DNA from: Octopus bimaculoides
Taxonomy: Eukaryota
Length of the DNA stretch: 57,601 nucleotides
Reading direction: 5' to 3'
Assembly (NCBI RefSeq): GCF_001194135.2
Contig: NC_068982.1
Span: 112,151,044 to 112,208,644, forward strand
This document shows, one piece after another, positions 26,289 through 40,460 of the stretch. The number at the start of each line of letters is the position of its first letter. Within the stretch, counting starts at the first letter, position 1. The notes below the pieces were generated by a model, which saw only the letters and a program-made list of their open reading frames with translations, was not told where the DNA came from and searched no databases. The translations under genes and the position numbers were made by a program.

Positions 26289-26323
<35 letters not shown>

Positions 26324-26957
26324 TGTATGTATGTATGTATGTATGTGTATGTATGTATGTATGTATGTATGTATGTATTTGTATGTCCGTCCGTCCGTTT
26401 TACTGTCTGTCTGTTTGTCTGTCTGTCTTCTGACTTCTACCTATATATATATGTACGTGTGTCCATGTGTATCCATTCATACTAACAATACACATTGAAG
26501 TTTATAAAGAACCATGAAATATATAATTTCTTTTGAAAGTGTATTTTGTTTGAAACAATTTTCCCTTAGATGGTATAAAAGCTTACAGAAGTAGTACTGA
26601 TGTCTGAAGCGATAAAGTTTCTGAGTGTTATAGCCCTTGCAATAAACTTTACGTAAAGAAAAAGACTTAAGTGAAGAATGAAACCAATGACATAATCTAT
26701 CTATATTATTGAATCAGCATATTACATATATATATATACATATATATATATGCATATATGCATATATACATATATATATATATACATATTCTAACTGAGT
26801 TTATATATTCTAAATGATTGATACAGAAGACAGTGTACTGGAAACTTTATTTTCACAACAATCGTTTCGGCATACTTCTGCAATGCTCCCTACTGGGCGG
26901 GAGTGATATAATGAAATCGAATGCACCCCGCAGTGCAAAAGAAACCTCATCAGATAA

Positions 26958-27290
26958 CATAATAAGACTCTAAGATATAAAATTTACATTTCGCGCATAG
27001 ATGCAGAGGGATGTTGTCAATATTGGTGTGTTGGTAATAATCGGTTCCCAAATATATTGATGGGCAGAATAGCTGGTGTGTATTCAGAGCTCGACAGACA
27101 GGAAATGGTTGATAAAAAATACAAAATAGAATGCAAAGAATAAAGAAGTAGGTTTTAATAGCATTGGGATGGAAGTCACTCTAAAGTGTGCGGAGTCCTT
27201 TGATAGTTGGTCATGCCTGTCAAGCGTGACGATGTAGTCAAGAATTTGCTGGAGGAGTGGTTCATGTCTTTAGACCCTATGACGCGTAAC
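26958..27290 (+). mobile_element. Decayed TE-like coding block (L1/Tx1 AP-endonuclease-like, or mariner C-terminus)
   Basis: Across frameshifts: IDAEG....GRIAGVYSELDRQE...LIALG..., then DDVVKNLLEEWFMSLDP. Pattern match only; assignment ambiguous. Confidence 0.3.
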
Positions 27291-29912
27291 AATATCTCTA
27301 CGTACAGAGATTCACACTTACGCCTATATACACACATACATGTACACACATACATGCGCACTCATTCATATTCACAAGTGCCAGTTGGCATACTTACACA
27401 GACCGTAGCAAAAGACAGTTTCTGGAGATGCTATACAATGAGATAGAACACTGAAAGGTAACTTTTGAACAAGCAGGCCTACGCCCATATGTTTTAATAT
27501 TTATGACGAAACGAGTGTTAACCGTAATTAATTGTCAGTCAGGTTATCAAATTTCCATAGAAGGACATATTAAAAGAAAACATAAGCGTTACTTAGCAGT
27601 GCACAGGTCACTAAATCTCATTAACTAATTACTGTGCTGAAAGTGAACCCAGAACACAAATACTAACATATACAAATATCTAAATAACTAACAATCCATT
27701 CTTTACTAATTTATATTTCATTGAATGGACATTACATATTTCTTTAGACATTTCTCGGGAAACATATGTCTCTTTACGTCTCTTTAACTATATAATAAAT
27801 GTCATTATAAAGGAATAATCGTTTCTCCAACTCTAGACAACAACGTCCCACTCTATGTATATCTATATTTATACACTCTCCGACTTATACATACATACAT
27901 ATATGTATATATAAATGTTTATGTATGTGTGTATATACATATATATATATATATATANNNNNNNNNNNNNNNNNNNNNNNNNNNNNNNNNNNNNNNNNNN
28001 NNNNNNNNNNNNNNNNNNNNNNNNNNNNNNNNNNNNNNNNNNNNNNNNNNNNNNNNNNNNNNNNNNNNNNNNNNNNNNNNNNNNNNNNNNNNNNNNNNNN
28101 NNNNNNNNNNNNNNNNNNNNNNNNNNNNNNNNNNNNNNNNNNNNNNNNNNNNNNNNNNNNNNNNNNNNNNNNNNNNNNNNNNNNNNNNNNNNNNNNNNNN
28201 NNNNNNNNNNNNNNNNNNNNNNNNNNNNNNNNNNNNNNNNNNNNNNNNNNNNNNNNNNNNNNNNNNNNNNNNNNNNNNNNNNNNNNNNNNNNNNNNNNNN
28301 NNNNNNNNNNNNNNNNNNNNNNNNNNNNNNNNNNNNNNNNNNNNNNNNNNNNNNNNNNNNNNNNNNNNNNNNNNNNNNNNNNNNNNNNNNNNNNNNNNNN
28401 NNNNNNNNNNNNNNNNNNNNNNNNNNNNNNNNNNNNNNNNNNNNNNNNNNNNNNNNNNNNNNNNNNNNNNNNNNNNNNNNNNNNNNNNNNNNNNNNNNNN
28501 NNNNNNNNNNNNNNNNNNNNNNNNNNNNNNNNNNNNNNNNNNNNNNNNNNNNNNNNNNNNNNNNNNNNNNNNNNNNNNNNNNNNNNNNNNNNNNNNNNNN
28601 NNNNNNNNNNNNNNNNNNNNNNNNNNNNNNNNNNNNNNNNNNNNNNNNNNNNNNNNNNNNATATATATATATATATATATATAAATTTACGTAAGACAAC
28701 GTTTGTATTTAAAAAATTCGGAAACGGCAATGTCTGAGAGTTAAAGAAAATTATATGAGCAAGTCAATCAAATTAATTTTGAATAATTTTTTATAGAAAT
28801 ATTTCTCAGCATAATTTACTGTTCGAATTCCAGTATAATATATTTTCGATATTCAGACGTAGGATCATGTGGATAAATGTTCCCACTCTGCACATATATA
28901 CATACACATACATCACTTTACCACACGATTTTTTCCCTCTATCTTTCTTTTCTACTGGACTTACTTCTCTTTCTAAATCATCACTATAATCATAGATATA
29001 TAAATTCCCAAGTATATATACTAGCAAGCGAATATAATCATTGCAACAAAATAAGTATGTTAGCTTTGAGAACTGTGCTGTGAATTATACTATAAAGGAA
29101 TAACATATTACGATCTTCTCTATTATAATGTAGTAATAATTATCCACGAAAGATTTGAAAGCTATTAGTGAAATAAGCTTTGCAGTTTTACACATACAGT
29201 TGTTGCTGATTAGCCCACACGACAACAATCTAAATACTATATTAAGTAGTGAGCTTTATTTGAGGGAAATTTCTCTGTCATTTCTAATCAGTCGAAGAAC
29301 ATTTAGGCCTCTTTCCATTGTACATTCAGCCTGGTGTTTGCAGATTACATACACTAGTAACTTATATTTTCATTAGAATTTCGTAGCACGCTATGTACAT
29401 ATATTTACTATGAATACAATTTAATATTCAGTTTCACGAAATTTTTTTCTAATTCTTGTGCACTGTTAATATTTCTGGCGCAGATAATACAATACCAGAC
29501 TGAATATTCTTTCCAGTTAACACTTTATATGTACAAATAACAGTATAGAAATCCTCTAGGACGATCATGTATAATTTATCATTAAAGTATCGAATGAAGG
29601 GCGGATCTTCTATCTAGCTACTGAAAAATTATTATATTATAGTGTCCATAATTTTATCCAAGCTACTTTCTTATATGTTTACTATTTTCAGTTCCTGTCT
29701 TTATTATTGATATTATGACTACTACTATTAATATTGTTTTCCATCGTCTGTACACCAATTTAATTCTTGGTCATTAACAAGCAAGACTGAACAAGAATGA
29801 TGCTCTACTTCATCGGTCAAGATAGAAGACTTTTGTTTTGTGCTATTTTTCTGTAAGTGAAGTCATTGAGTATGTGTTGCAATTATCTGGTCTTTATTGT
29901 AAGCTTACCAAA

Positions 29913-29984
<72 letters not shown>

Positions 29985-30113
29985 GTCTGTCTGTGTATGT
30001 AGGTATGTATGGATGGATGGATGGATGAATATGTGCGTGTATGTATAAAATAGTATTAAAATATATTTAAAATACTTATTATTATTATTATTATTATTAT
30101 TATCATTATTATT

Positions 30114-30178
<65 letters not shown>

Positions 30179-30667
30179 TAAGAATAACAACAACAACAAT
30201 AATAATTCTATCCACTACTACACACACGATTGTCAAGTAGTGGCGCAGAACAAACACAGTTACAGAAGCACAAACACTCACACANNNNNNNNNNNNNNNN
30301 NNNNNNNNNNNNNNNNNNNNNNNNNNNNNNNNNNNNNNNNNNNNNNNNNNNNNNNNNNNNNNNNNNNNNNNNNNNNNNNNNNNNNNNNNNNNNNNNNNNN
30401 NNNNNNNNNNNNNNNNNNNNNNNNNNNNNNNNNNNNNNNNNNNNNNNNNNNNNNNNNNNNNNNNNNNNNNNNNNNNNNNNNNNNNNNNNNNNNNNNNNNN
30501 NNNNNNNNNNNNNNNNNNNNNNNNNNNNNNNNNNNNNNNNNNNNNNNNNNNNNNNNNNNNNNNNNNNNNNNNNNNNNNNNNNNNNNNNNNNNNNNNNNNN
30601 NNNNNNNNNNNNNNNNNNNNNNNNNNNNNNNNNNNNNNNNNNNNNNNNNNNNNNNNNNNNNNNNNNN

Positions 30668-30710
<43 letters not shown>

Positions 30711-30810
30711 TTACAAATTAAAAGGGTAAAGGTTTATCAATTTATTAATTTATTAATACATGCTTGCTGATCCCTTAATTATGTTTATATATATATGTAT
30801 ATATATTATA

Positions 30811-30890
30811 TACGACGGGTTTCTTTCAGTGGGACTGAATCTGGAACCATGTATTTGGGAAGCAACATTTTTTTACCATACAGCCACGCC
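30811..30890 (-). mobile_element. Internally deleted tRNA-derived SINE (family B)
   Basis: Minus strand GGCGTGGCTGTATGGTAA...TTGCTTCCCAA..CATGGTTCCAGATTCAGTCCCACTG (tRNA-like A/B boxes) joined directly to GAAAGAAACCCGTCGTA and a (TA)n tail. Confidence 0.6.
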
Positions 30891-31069
30891 CTCGCGCTCG
30901 CACAATAGGTAGATATACATACATATACACGCAAAAAAGCTAACCTGCGCAAACCGGGTATATTATAATGTCCCGTAATTCCTGTAAAGCAACAGGTGCA
31001 CAAGTCCACAGTCGCAGGGCATGCGCAAAATTTCCGTGGTGTAAGGCAAAACCCGAGAAAATTAAGTAA

Positions 31070-31440
31070 AATATTCAATTATTCAGCGAGTGGTACGAAT
31101 GTAGCCAAAAGGAGCAGAAGCTGCTTGACGCCAACCGGAACCCATCTTATATCACTTGTAGATATGGTATACCTCATGTCCTGTTCGTTAACCCATGAGG
31201 CTACTATCGACGTAAGCACATTCAGAGGGAAAGGGACACATATACACTCAGGAAGGGAGAATAGAAGGGTTCCTGTTAGGTATGCATACAGGGGCATACT
31301 GGTAGAAAGTGCCAGGAGATCGTAGCAATATACCGATAACTGTGAGATACACCGAACCCCTTGTTAGAAGAGGAGATCATTTGTCTATTATCGCACTTCA
31401 CTGTGGTTTAGATACTTTCTCGACAGGTAACGTCACAAGG
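31070..31440 (+). mobile_element. GC-rich decayed ORF with zinc-knuckle-like motif (gag/ORF1 remnant)
   Basis: One frame with scattered stops contains C*VCIQGHTGRKC (31274-31312), one residue short of CX2CX4HX4C. Confidence 0.3.
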
Positions 31441-31733
31441 TCTTACACTCTAGGTAGGTGCAGTAAGTTACTGTTTCGCTACTTTTATTAAAAAATGTGT
31501 TTACTGTTGGCCAAAATAATTTCTAACCCACACATCCACGGTAATGTACTGCGTGCCCCAGTCCTGAACAATACATATCAAAACTAACCCTATTATCCTT
31601 CAACTCGTGGACATACTTACCTAGTGAGGTAAAGTGCCTAAGTTTCAGTATTTTACTTAAATGCGTTTAAGTATTACTTTGAATATTACTTCTATTGTTG
31701 GCTTGTATTCTGCACACACACACACACACATAC

Positions 31734-31768
<35 letters not shown>

Positions 31769-31802
31769 CACACACCCACACACACTAACTCACTCACACA
31801 CA

Positions 31803-31878
<76 letters not shown>

Positions 31879-32329
31879 GCAACACACACAGACACACATA
31901 CACACATATATAAAACTGTGTATACGGTTGTGTGAAATTATATATAGATTTAGTATTTATAAGTAGGTATATTAATGCAGAAATACATGGTATGAATCAT
32001 TCGGGAATAGACTTGGGGAGCATCTCAGTGTATATGTGTGTGTGTGTATTTGTGAGTGAAAGTATGTAGGTAGGAGGTGTTTAGCTTTGTAAGGCTTGCA
32101 AATATGAGGAGCAGTGTTTCTTGTCTTCCAAATAAATACAAACATGAAGCGAAATATTAATATAATAACAGAAAGACGAGACGAAATAATACAATTTAGA
32201 TAATTAAGATTAACCTAGATAATTAAGAAACATTATTAGCGCAGTTAAGATTGATTGCTCTACGGTATATCTGATTAATCTTTACTGTTCTATTAAATAT
32301 GACAAAAATACATAAGTATTGATTTCTAA

Positions 32330-32520
32330 CTTTGGAAGAAAGCCATAGAATAAAAGGAAAGTTGTGGTCGGCATCAACAGATCATAGTATATTTCTGGTA
32401 CTTATTTTATCTACCTTCAAAGATAAAAATTACAGTTGACTTCATTAAGAGTTGAACTCAATCCGTATTGTCAAATGTGCCAAGACAGTTTATCTGGCGC
32501 TCTATCGATTCTGTTAATCA
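32330..32520 (-). mobile_element. Diverged SINE family A copy
   Basis: CTGGTACTTATTTTATC...AGTTGACTTC...TTGAACTCA. Confidence 0.6.
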
Positions 32521-33381
32521 AATCATCACTCAGTGACAAAATTTGAGAAGAAATATACTGATCATTAAACAATGTATTCAAAGACGTTTTCAATGTAATG
32601 CAGTAGAGATGCAATAGTTTTAACAATTTTTATATATCTGTTAAAATGGAAAGCTTCATAGAAGATCTAATTTCGAGGCTAATTCTCTCCCAGATAATCG
32701 TGTATGTAGCAAAGATTTCACCAGAGTTTGGTGAAGGTAATAAAAGAATGAACTATACGATTAGCCAGTGATTTTAATCGACGTAAGCAAACATCAGGTT
32801 AGATCATTTCATTCATCTATCATTTCAGTACTTTACCTATGAAATACATATACACGTACAGACTGAATTCTTCCGTTATTATAATTGACTTTTTCCCTAC
32901 CTGTCTATATTGAAGAATCCGTCCGTTTTCACATGGAATGTAACTTCGATCAAATAAAGTTATGGTCTATCAAGAGAAAGAGTGTAGATTCTTTGTTGCT
33001 TCAATTTTATTGAATTCTGTTTTGGTTTTCGAATTTTCTTTTAAGCGCAGAGGAAACATACGTTTTTCGGCATTAATCTCCGTTCACAATTTTCGTAATA
33101 ATCCCAAGGAAGATAGAGGATTTTTATTTAAAATTTTTAATAAAATAAATGATGTGTATACTGAAGTCAAGTAATATGTTCGTGTCTTTATCAAAATAAA
33201 TTTTAATTGGTTACTTATTGTCATTTGCTTATTTATTACTTTTATGTGCTGTATTTATCTTCAGTTTATTTACTTCACTGTGTACTTTTTGAAGCTACTA
33301 ACTGCTAGGAAGAGTGGCAGAAATTCAATTAACATAATATAAGGCAATTCAGCCTGTCATTAATGAAACGTTTGAGACAAG

Positions 33382-33732
33382 TATGTTAATCGCTAATAAG
33401 TGAACAATTTATCTGAATCAGCAAAGATTTGATTGATCCAGGTGTAATGACAGATTATTTTACTTTTAACAACAAATATATCCCTTTGAGTCTGAATTCT
33501 TTGCAAAATATCTGCCAAGAACGATATAATAAATTCGCTTTGAAATGTTCTTAGTAAACTTACAGAGACCAAAGCAACGATGTGTTTGTGACTTGAAAAT
33601 ACAACTGTTTCTTATTTCTGTTTTAAAGTGTAAGACTGTCAAATATACAAGTATAAAACAGAATGAAATTATGGACACTGATAATTATTGACTAAAGTCT
33701 GGTTGTTTTGCTGTGTCATAACCTTTTTGATA

Positions 33733-33772
<40 letters not shown>

Positions 33773-35238
33773 CAACCGTTACACAAGTAATTTATGCCAG
33801 AACGTAAAGGAACTAAAATGGATCCCTGGATTGTTGTATTTTTGTTGTTCAAATTAATAACTGACCACTTCTCTTCAAGTTTTTATTATCATTTAAATAA
33901 AACTAGGAAGGAGAAATTGACAGAGAACGAAGTTTAGTTGAATGAGAGAGAATGAGAGAGAATGAGAGACAGAGAAGAAATTACTAAAGATATTGATATA
34001 TTGAAAGAGAAAGTGGAGAAGACGGAAAGTAGAAGTGGATAAAGTGAATGAGTTTGATAGTTGAACGAAAGAAAGTCGGGAGAAAGCAATGGTGTTGAAT
34101 TGTAGAATGTATGCAAAAGATAAAATGGGAAAATGAAGGAGAAATAAAATAATCTGCACGCGTGCGAGCGTGGCGGTGTCTACACGTGTGTTCGTGTGTG
34201 CGTGTAGGTGTGTATACGTGTATTTATGTACATATGTGTTTGTGACGGTATTAGTTGAAAAGTCAGACAGCTTTACAAGTGGAAGAGGTAGGTTGATAAA
34301 TATATAATACAACGATGTATAAAATGAGAGAATGAGAGAATGAGAAAGAATGAGTGTGAGAAGATAAGAGAAGGAAAGAGAGACACACAAAGAGGAAGGA
34401 TCGAGATCAATCATTCATCAGTTACATTTTCATCTAAACCTCAAACTACTTAGTGTGTCACGAGTTTATCAGAAAATAGTAGCGTCTTTGTATATTCCTA
34501 TCTGCCACTTTCTCTCTTTCGCACTCTCTCTCTCTCTCTATGTGTCTCTGTTTTTCTTGCTTTTTCCCTCTATTATAAGACGTTTCCTTTAGGTAAATAT
34601 TTATGTTATTGATTTTTCCAACTTAGCTTGCTTGAGCTTCAAATAATTTCGCATAATTGTTTAAATATCCACATGTTCATTTTTAAGATATCCTTTTATC
34701 CTTTCTCTTTTATCTGATCTCTATTTCTGTATGTGGAGGGTATTTTCTTTTTAATTTTCAAAAATTCCTATTTCTCTTTAGATCTTCCTTTTTTCTTTCT
34801 TCACATTTTATCCTCAACAGAAATTGAATTTCTTGGTTTTCTGTAGATTACCAGGTCAGTCATAGCATAAATAAGTGATCGTACTTGTATAGTTTAGAGA
34901 TATGGTTATCAACAAACAGAAGCAATGAACCAAAGTTATACACGACTAGGAACACTTATGTGTATTTTCTCACTGCCTTCCAAACTACATTCAGTCAGAA
35001 GGCCAGTAGCATTTAATTAAGCTTAAATCGTTTTTACAGCTTTGTTTTCTTTTGCCCGCCTAGATAGATAGGTGACCTGTGATCGATAATTACTTTCACC
35101 AGCACATGGTTAAGCAATTAACTTTAATATTTTTGTACAAATTTGTTTTAAACCTGCTCAAGATTAAATTATAAAGTATTCATATAGGACAATCTCTAAT
35201 TAATATGTGAATTATTAATGGAGGGCATGACATTAATG

Positions 35239-35305
<67 letters not shown>

Positions 35306-36251
35306 TGCATTTGTATTGGTAAAACAATAAAGCAGAGCTATGAGTTTGCATGAGACAGCTGTTTTCTTTAATTGCGTCACATAATGAATAGAAAAAATAG
35401 TTATATATTTTTGTTTCACCGCTTCTAAATTGTTTCTCTTGTACTTGATATTTTCTAAGGTCATGTTGTATATTTTATGTGTGTCGCCTTAAAAAGTTAA
35501 AATTGTCATTATCTCATCGGGCTCCACTAATATGATGAAGATAATGTTTAAATTAGGAAATAAAAATTTTAAAGTTATTGTTTGAATTTAATAAAGAATG
35601 ATAATACTTTCTGATTGCTATATTACTTACACGTGATATAATGTGTGGAAGTAGGCGTACGTATATGCGTTAGTTTAGGTACTCGATCATGTCACTACAT
35701 GCACACTGCACTTACATGCAATAATACAGAGTAGGTAAATAGCTGTCAAATGGTGGAACACATTATAGTGTTATAAAAAGAGATATGCGAAGATGTCTAA
35801 AAGAAACTCTAATGTTTTTATTACTATCAGTAAATGACAAGAAAGTAAACATAATTATGACAAGTTATATTACATCTAGGCTCGAGATTAGAGCATAGGT
35901 TGACAGATTGACCTCTGACAACACATTAGAAAACAAAATTGCGGAGTGTCTTTTCCAGCAAAAGCAATTAAACTTGGCTCTCTATTAAAATAGATATTGT
36001 TTAGATATTTGTTATCCTATTATATATAGAATGTACTGTATTTATCTCTACTTGTTTGTGTTCTGTACTTGTCGAAGCGACTTAGCAATGAAGACAGCTT
36101 TCCGTGTAGAACTTTGCTAATATTAGCATAATACACGGCGACCTATTCAACTTTATCACGCCAGTGACGTGTCTGAGATAGTTTCATTAGTTATGTTAAT
36201 CACTAATAAGTGAACAATTTATCTGAATCTGCAAAGATTTGATTGATCCAG
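33382..36251 (+). repeat. 60-bp direct repeat (33382-33441 and 36192-36251, 58/60 identical) within a diverged duplication
   Basis: TATGTTAATC(G/A)CTAATAAGTGAACAATTTATCTGAATC(A/T)GCAAAGATTTGATTGATCCAG at both sites. Confidence 0.95.
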
Positions 36252-37652
36252 AAAATGACATTGTATAATTATGCTAATATACATTTTGTTTCTGAAATAT
36301 TGGCAAAGTACCTAACAGTATGATATAATATACAGCAATGTTGCTAGACTGGTTTCTGGAGACAATTTTCAGTAAATATATCGACATAGTATTTATCACT
36401 TGTGAAAATAAGTTGGGAAAAAGCATGTATTAAAACAGATCGAACACCGCTGATCAAACTCCGCTGTCTCGGACAAGGAAAAATATATTAAATGATGTCG
36501 GCCTAGAAATAGGCATAACCCAACAAAGACTAGAATGCTGTTGTTCGAATACATTAAGTCATAGGTTTGTTCAATCAAGACTGACATGGAAATAAACAAC
36601 AACAATAACTACAACAATATGAAACACGCGTTTCTCACAACCAGACAACACATGCAGTGATTCTTCTATGAAATAGTGAAAAACACTGTAATTGTTCGCT
36701 CGACCAGTTTGAAACAACAACCAAATCTCCGTCAAACAACACGCCACTGTCTTGCTATGAGAAGAGGAACATGAAATAAGGTTGTCCTTAATTTCCTTAA
36801 AAAGATAGGTGGAATAGATTCGATCGTATGTCTACTTGATCAGATCAGACTACAGGCTAAACAACCACGACAACAACAAGAAAGGGAGACTATTTATAGT
36901 TCATCTTTAATCATGTAGCACTGTCACATATATTCATAATTATAGACTGAAGGATAGTGATGGCTTTGCCGCGTTCCAATATTTTTAACAGTGTATATGT
37001 TTACACGTAATATATAAGCAAGTCAATAAGAGAAGTAAGACCGATTATTAAATTTTCATAATATAATTCTGATTCATAATGATAAGAGACGGTTGTTCTT
37101 ACTCTTCATATATTATTAACTTCTAGCATTTCTTTCGGTCTTCATTGCAATGCTATAATACATTATGATACATTACAGAAATATAGATGTATGATACATT
37201 ATAGCAATTACACAATCAAACCAACATCAAGTGAAATTATTGTCACCAATTGTAAAAATTAAATATAATGCTAAGAAAAATTATTTTCATAATCACATAA
37301 CTTGAGACAAACACTAGGATGAAGATGCAGAACAATGGTTTGTAAAAATGGATTATCTTTTCAACACGTTTGGTACTTGCGAGATATGACATAAACCTTC
37401 ATGAAAAAGAAAGTCATTACAATAAGCTAATAGTGTTTAACAACTGTCTTATAAGTCGTGCCTAATTAGTATTGCCTGTTGCTAATCATACGTGCAAGGG
37501 TTACCGAGTAAAATCGATCGATATGTATGTAGGTATGTATGTATGTATGGATGGATGGATGGATGGATGTATATATATATATATGTATGTATATATGTAC
37601 ATATATGTATACATATACATATATATATACATATACATATATATATATATAC

Positions 37653-37703
<51 letters not shown>

Positions 37704-38370
37704 TTCATCGAACCAAACCAGTGATTTATTGACGGTCCTTATTGCAACTCTCGTATCGGGATTCCATCATTAGACATTCTAACGAAGTGAATGAATATAC
37801 CAATGTAATGATAGAAAGATGAGCTGAAAGGATTGACCGGGATTATTTGATCAGTGAGCATAAATTCCACATACTCCAATAGCTACAAATATTTTTTTAA
37901 AAAAATGTTTACAAGATTCGCCATAGGTAAGAGCCTACACTAATTCAATAACATCTCCAGCATTGTCTGAAATATATGCCACTAATATAGATAAATTGAA
38001 TGCAAAGTCCTTTCTCGAATGATTTCTGACTAAGACACGTGTCATTGATTTATTAGTGGTCATTAGTACAACAATGTACCATACAAGAAAGTAGCTTTAA
38101 TTTGTTCTTTATGTCCGAATTTAATGCTTTCTTTCCACATAAAAATGACTTCACCTATAAAGAGTTCCGTGTAGTCAATTTTCATTGCTATTGTAAACTA
38201 ATTATGTGAACTGAGTGCTAAAACAGAAGACATTCACTCAAATGTTTAAACACTCACTATATTTTAAAACATTTAGATATTAACTAGTAAAGTAGTGTCG
38301 TGTTATCAAAGAAGACATTACTTTGAAGTAGACAACACATTTTTATGTGTTCTCTAAATTAAATTTTCAG

Positions 38371-38460
38371 ATATCGGATCGGAAATCTCTTGTTCGCCAG
38401 TCGAAATATGCTTCCGTTGTTTATGAGAATGTAGAAGAAAAAAAGAAAGAGAGAAAATAA
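38371..38460 (+). other. Candidate terminal exon (ISDRKSLVRQSKYASVVYENVEEKKKERK*)
   Basis: Good acceptor (ttctctaaattaaattttcAG), 29 open codons to TAA, AATAAA at and after the stop. The other frames are also open for a while, so the frame is uncertain. Confidence 0.25.
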
Positions 38461-39058
38461 AACCAAAAAACTTGATAAAATAAAACAAATAACATTTACA
38501 AAAACCATCAATATAAAAGGCAAATTTAGCACAATAACATCACAATAACATATTTAGTACAAACACGCCTAGACTGACAATGTTTCATTTAGTTTCATTA
38601 TAACAATGATAATTATAAAACTGATAGACTGGTAATAATTAAGAAAATGATAGGCTATAATAATAATTATGAAAAATCAAGAATATAAGAAAATTTATGG
38701 CTACAAAAAGGATCATAAAAAGGACACGTAGTTCGTGACTTTCGCAAATGCATGACAAACCGAATGCACTGCATTTAGATTGCTTTGCAGATCTTTTGCT
38801 TAACCTTTAAAAGAACTTCATAGATGGAATTGATAATAAAAGTACTATAATGCAGACATCGAGAAAGCAAAGCTAAGAAAAGGTCTGTAAGGACATAAAA
38901 ATAATCTATATAAAATGTATCAATCAGTCGACTAAAATAGAAAGAAGAGATATATTAAATACACGTAGTTTCCAAAACGTAAAGTACAAAAAGAATATGA
39001 TGAATATATGTATCTAAGCGTCTATGTTCCAAGTTCTAAGCCGCAGTTTTGTACTTAC

Positions 39059-39122
39059 ACTGCTTAAATTTCGTGTAGGGAAGCGTCTTCTCAAGTAGGC
39101 CATTGAATATGTGACGTTTTTT
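39059..39122 (-). other. Candidate 64-nt internal exon
   Basis: Acceptor tttttataaagtattAG, donor AGT|GTAAGT. Open with phase-2 entry (KNVTYSMAYLRRRFPTRNLSS), compatible with the 54057 exon, and with phase-0 entry (KKRHIFNGLLEKTLPYTKFKQ). Confidence 0.3.
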
Positions 39123-40269
39123 CTAATACTTTATAAAAACCCAGCCGAAACCAGATATTTCTACTGGTTTATTATCTATAGAGAGAAATTCATTTTAAAC
39201 GTTTATTAGACACACACACATACGCGCAGAAAAAGAAAAAAAACAAACAAACAAAAAATAAACGTTACTTGAACTATAGATGTATTGAAAACTTAAGATG
39301 TTGAAAATGAAAATGAAAGATGTTAAAACGATTTTTGCATTCAACATACATTTCACATTTTACTTATCCTCTGTTTCTAACACATTTCACACAGGCAGTT
39401 GTTTTGTTTTGGTCTATTTCAGCCTTAAGCCAGCAACAAACTTCCACTGATGTAATCTCTCAAGAACTATATAACTCAACATGTTTTTCCTTCTTCGAAG
39501 AGGTAGCGTGTGATTTAAAGGAAATTTGTTTACTATTCCCCTTGCTGCATTAGAGACTCCTTCGCTTTTGTGGTGAATTTTCTTCCTGTGTCAGTTTCTC
39601 ATTAACTAATATATGATCAAGGACGTTCCAGCCTTTCCCACACCATCAAAGAGTGCTTCTAGACACTGGGCTCCCCTATTCAATATCATCTTAAAATTTT
39701 AGACAGTAAGATGATACAAGGCTGGTATGTTTACTCTGTCTAGAAGTTCTCTGGCCTGTTGGATTATATTAGCAGTTGTCATATACTGGTCATTATGTTA
39801 CCTAGTTGAGAGTCAGAATATTCTGGCTACTTTACTAGTGATGATTATAGGATCAAATTTCCTCTGGCTGCTCTAATGACCTTCTTACAGTTGTAAACAT
39901 TATCTCGTGCCGAGACTGTTCTATCAGTAGGCTTTCACTCCACTGATACTCAGATCAAACAACTTAAAATACAAATAGGAAATGAAAAAAAAGCTCCTCA
40001 AAGTTAAAACAAACAAACTAATAACAAAGAACATAAAAATCAAAGAAGACTATGGTTTTTTGAATCTCTCTTTGTCACGCACTTTATTTTACTATTTCTT
40101 CAAATAATTTTTAGAAACGAAATAATTATACGAAAGAAAAGGCAGGGAAAATAATCAAAGTTTAAATAAAGAATTCATCAAATTTCTATCTATTAATAAT
40201 CACTATGTCTCTAAAAAAGAAACAAAATTATGAAAATTAACTTTGCTAAGAGTGAAGCAGGAGTACCCT

Positions 40270-40460
40270 AAAGCACTCGGTCAGTTTGCAAGAAATAGCA
40301 GCCAATAACTTTGAAATAAGCCCATCTTAAACATAAAAAAACAGAAACGACATATTCGAAAATGTATTCATAGTGACACTGTTTGAAATAAAACATACGA
40401 TAGTCACTACTTGAGCTTTGTTAATCAAGTCTGACCTGAGGCTAAACAACAACAAAAACA
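40270..40460 (+). repeat. Interspersed repeat family D (other copies about 9385-9580 +, 36700-36890 +, 55730-55880 +, 10405-10570 -)
   Basis: Shared AATAGCAGCCAA (9400-9411, 40294-40305) and GGCTAAACAAC + (CAA)n end (36855-36865, 40440-40450). Confidence 0.55.

Noticed and set aside
30811-30890. tRNA gene
   Set aside because: Only a tRNA-like head fused to a SINE tail; no full cloverleaf. The same applies to 45322-45535 and 19582-19777.
31621-31709. Minus-strand exon with strong TAG|GTAAGT donor
   Set aside because: All three frames stop when the obvious acceptor is used; the alternative acceptor is weak.
33309-33380. TACTAAC..TAG acceptor and GTATGT donor on +
   Set aside because: Branch point too close to the AG, and stops in all frames.
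39730-39930. Hydrophobic 49-aa + ORF / minus-strand LINE-like reading (ARDNVYNCKKVIRAA)
   Set aside because: Both readings are too weak to call without a search.
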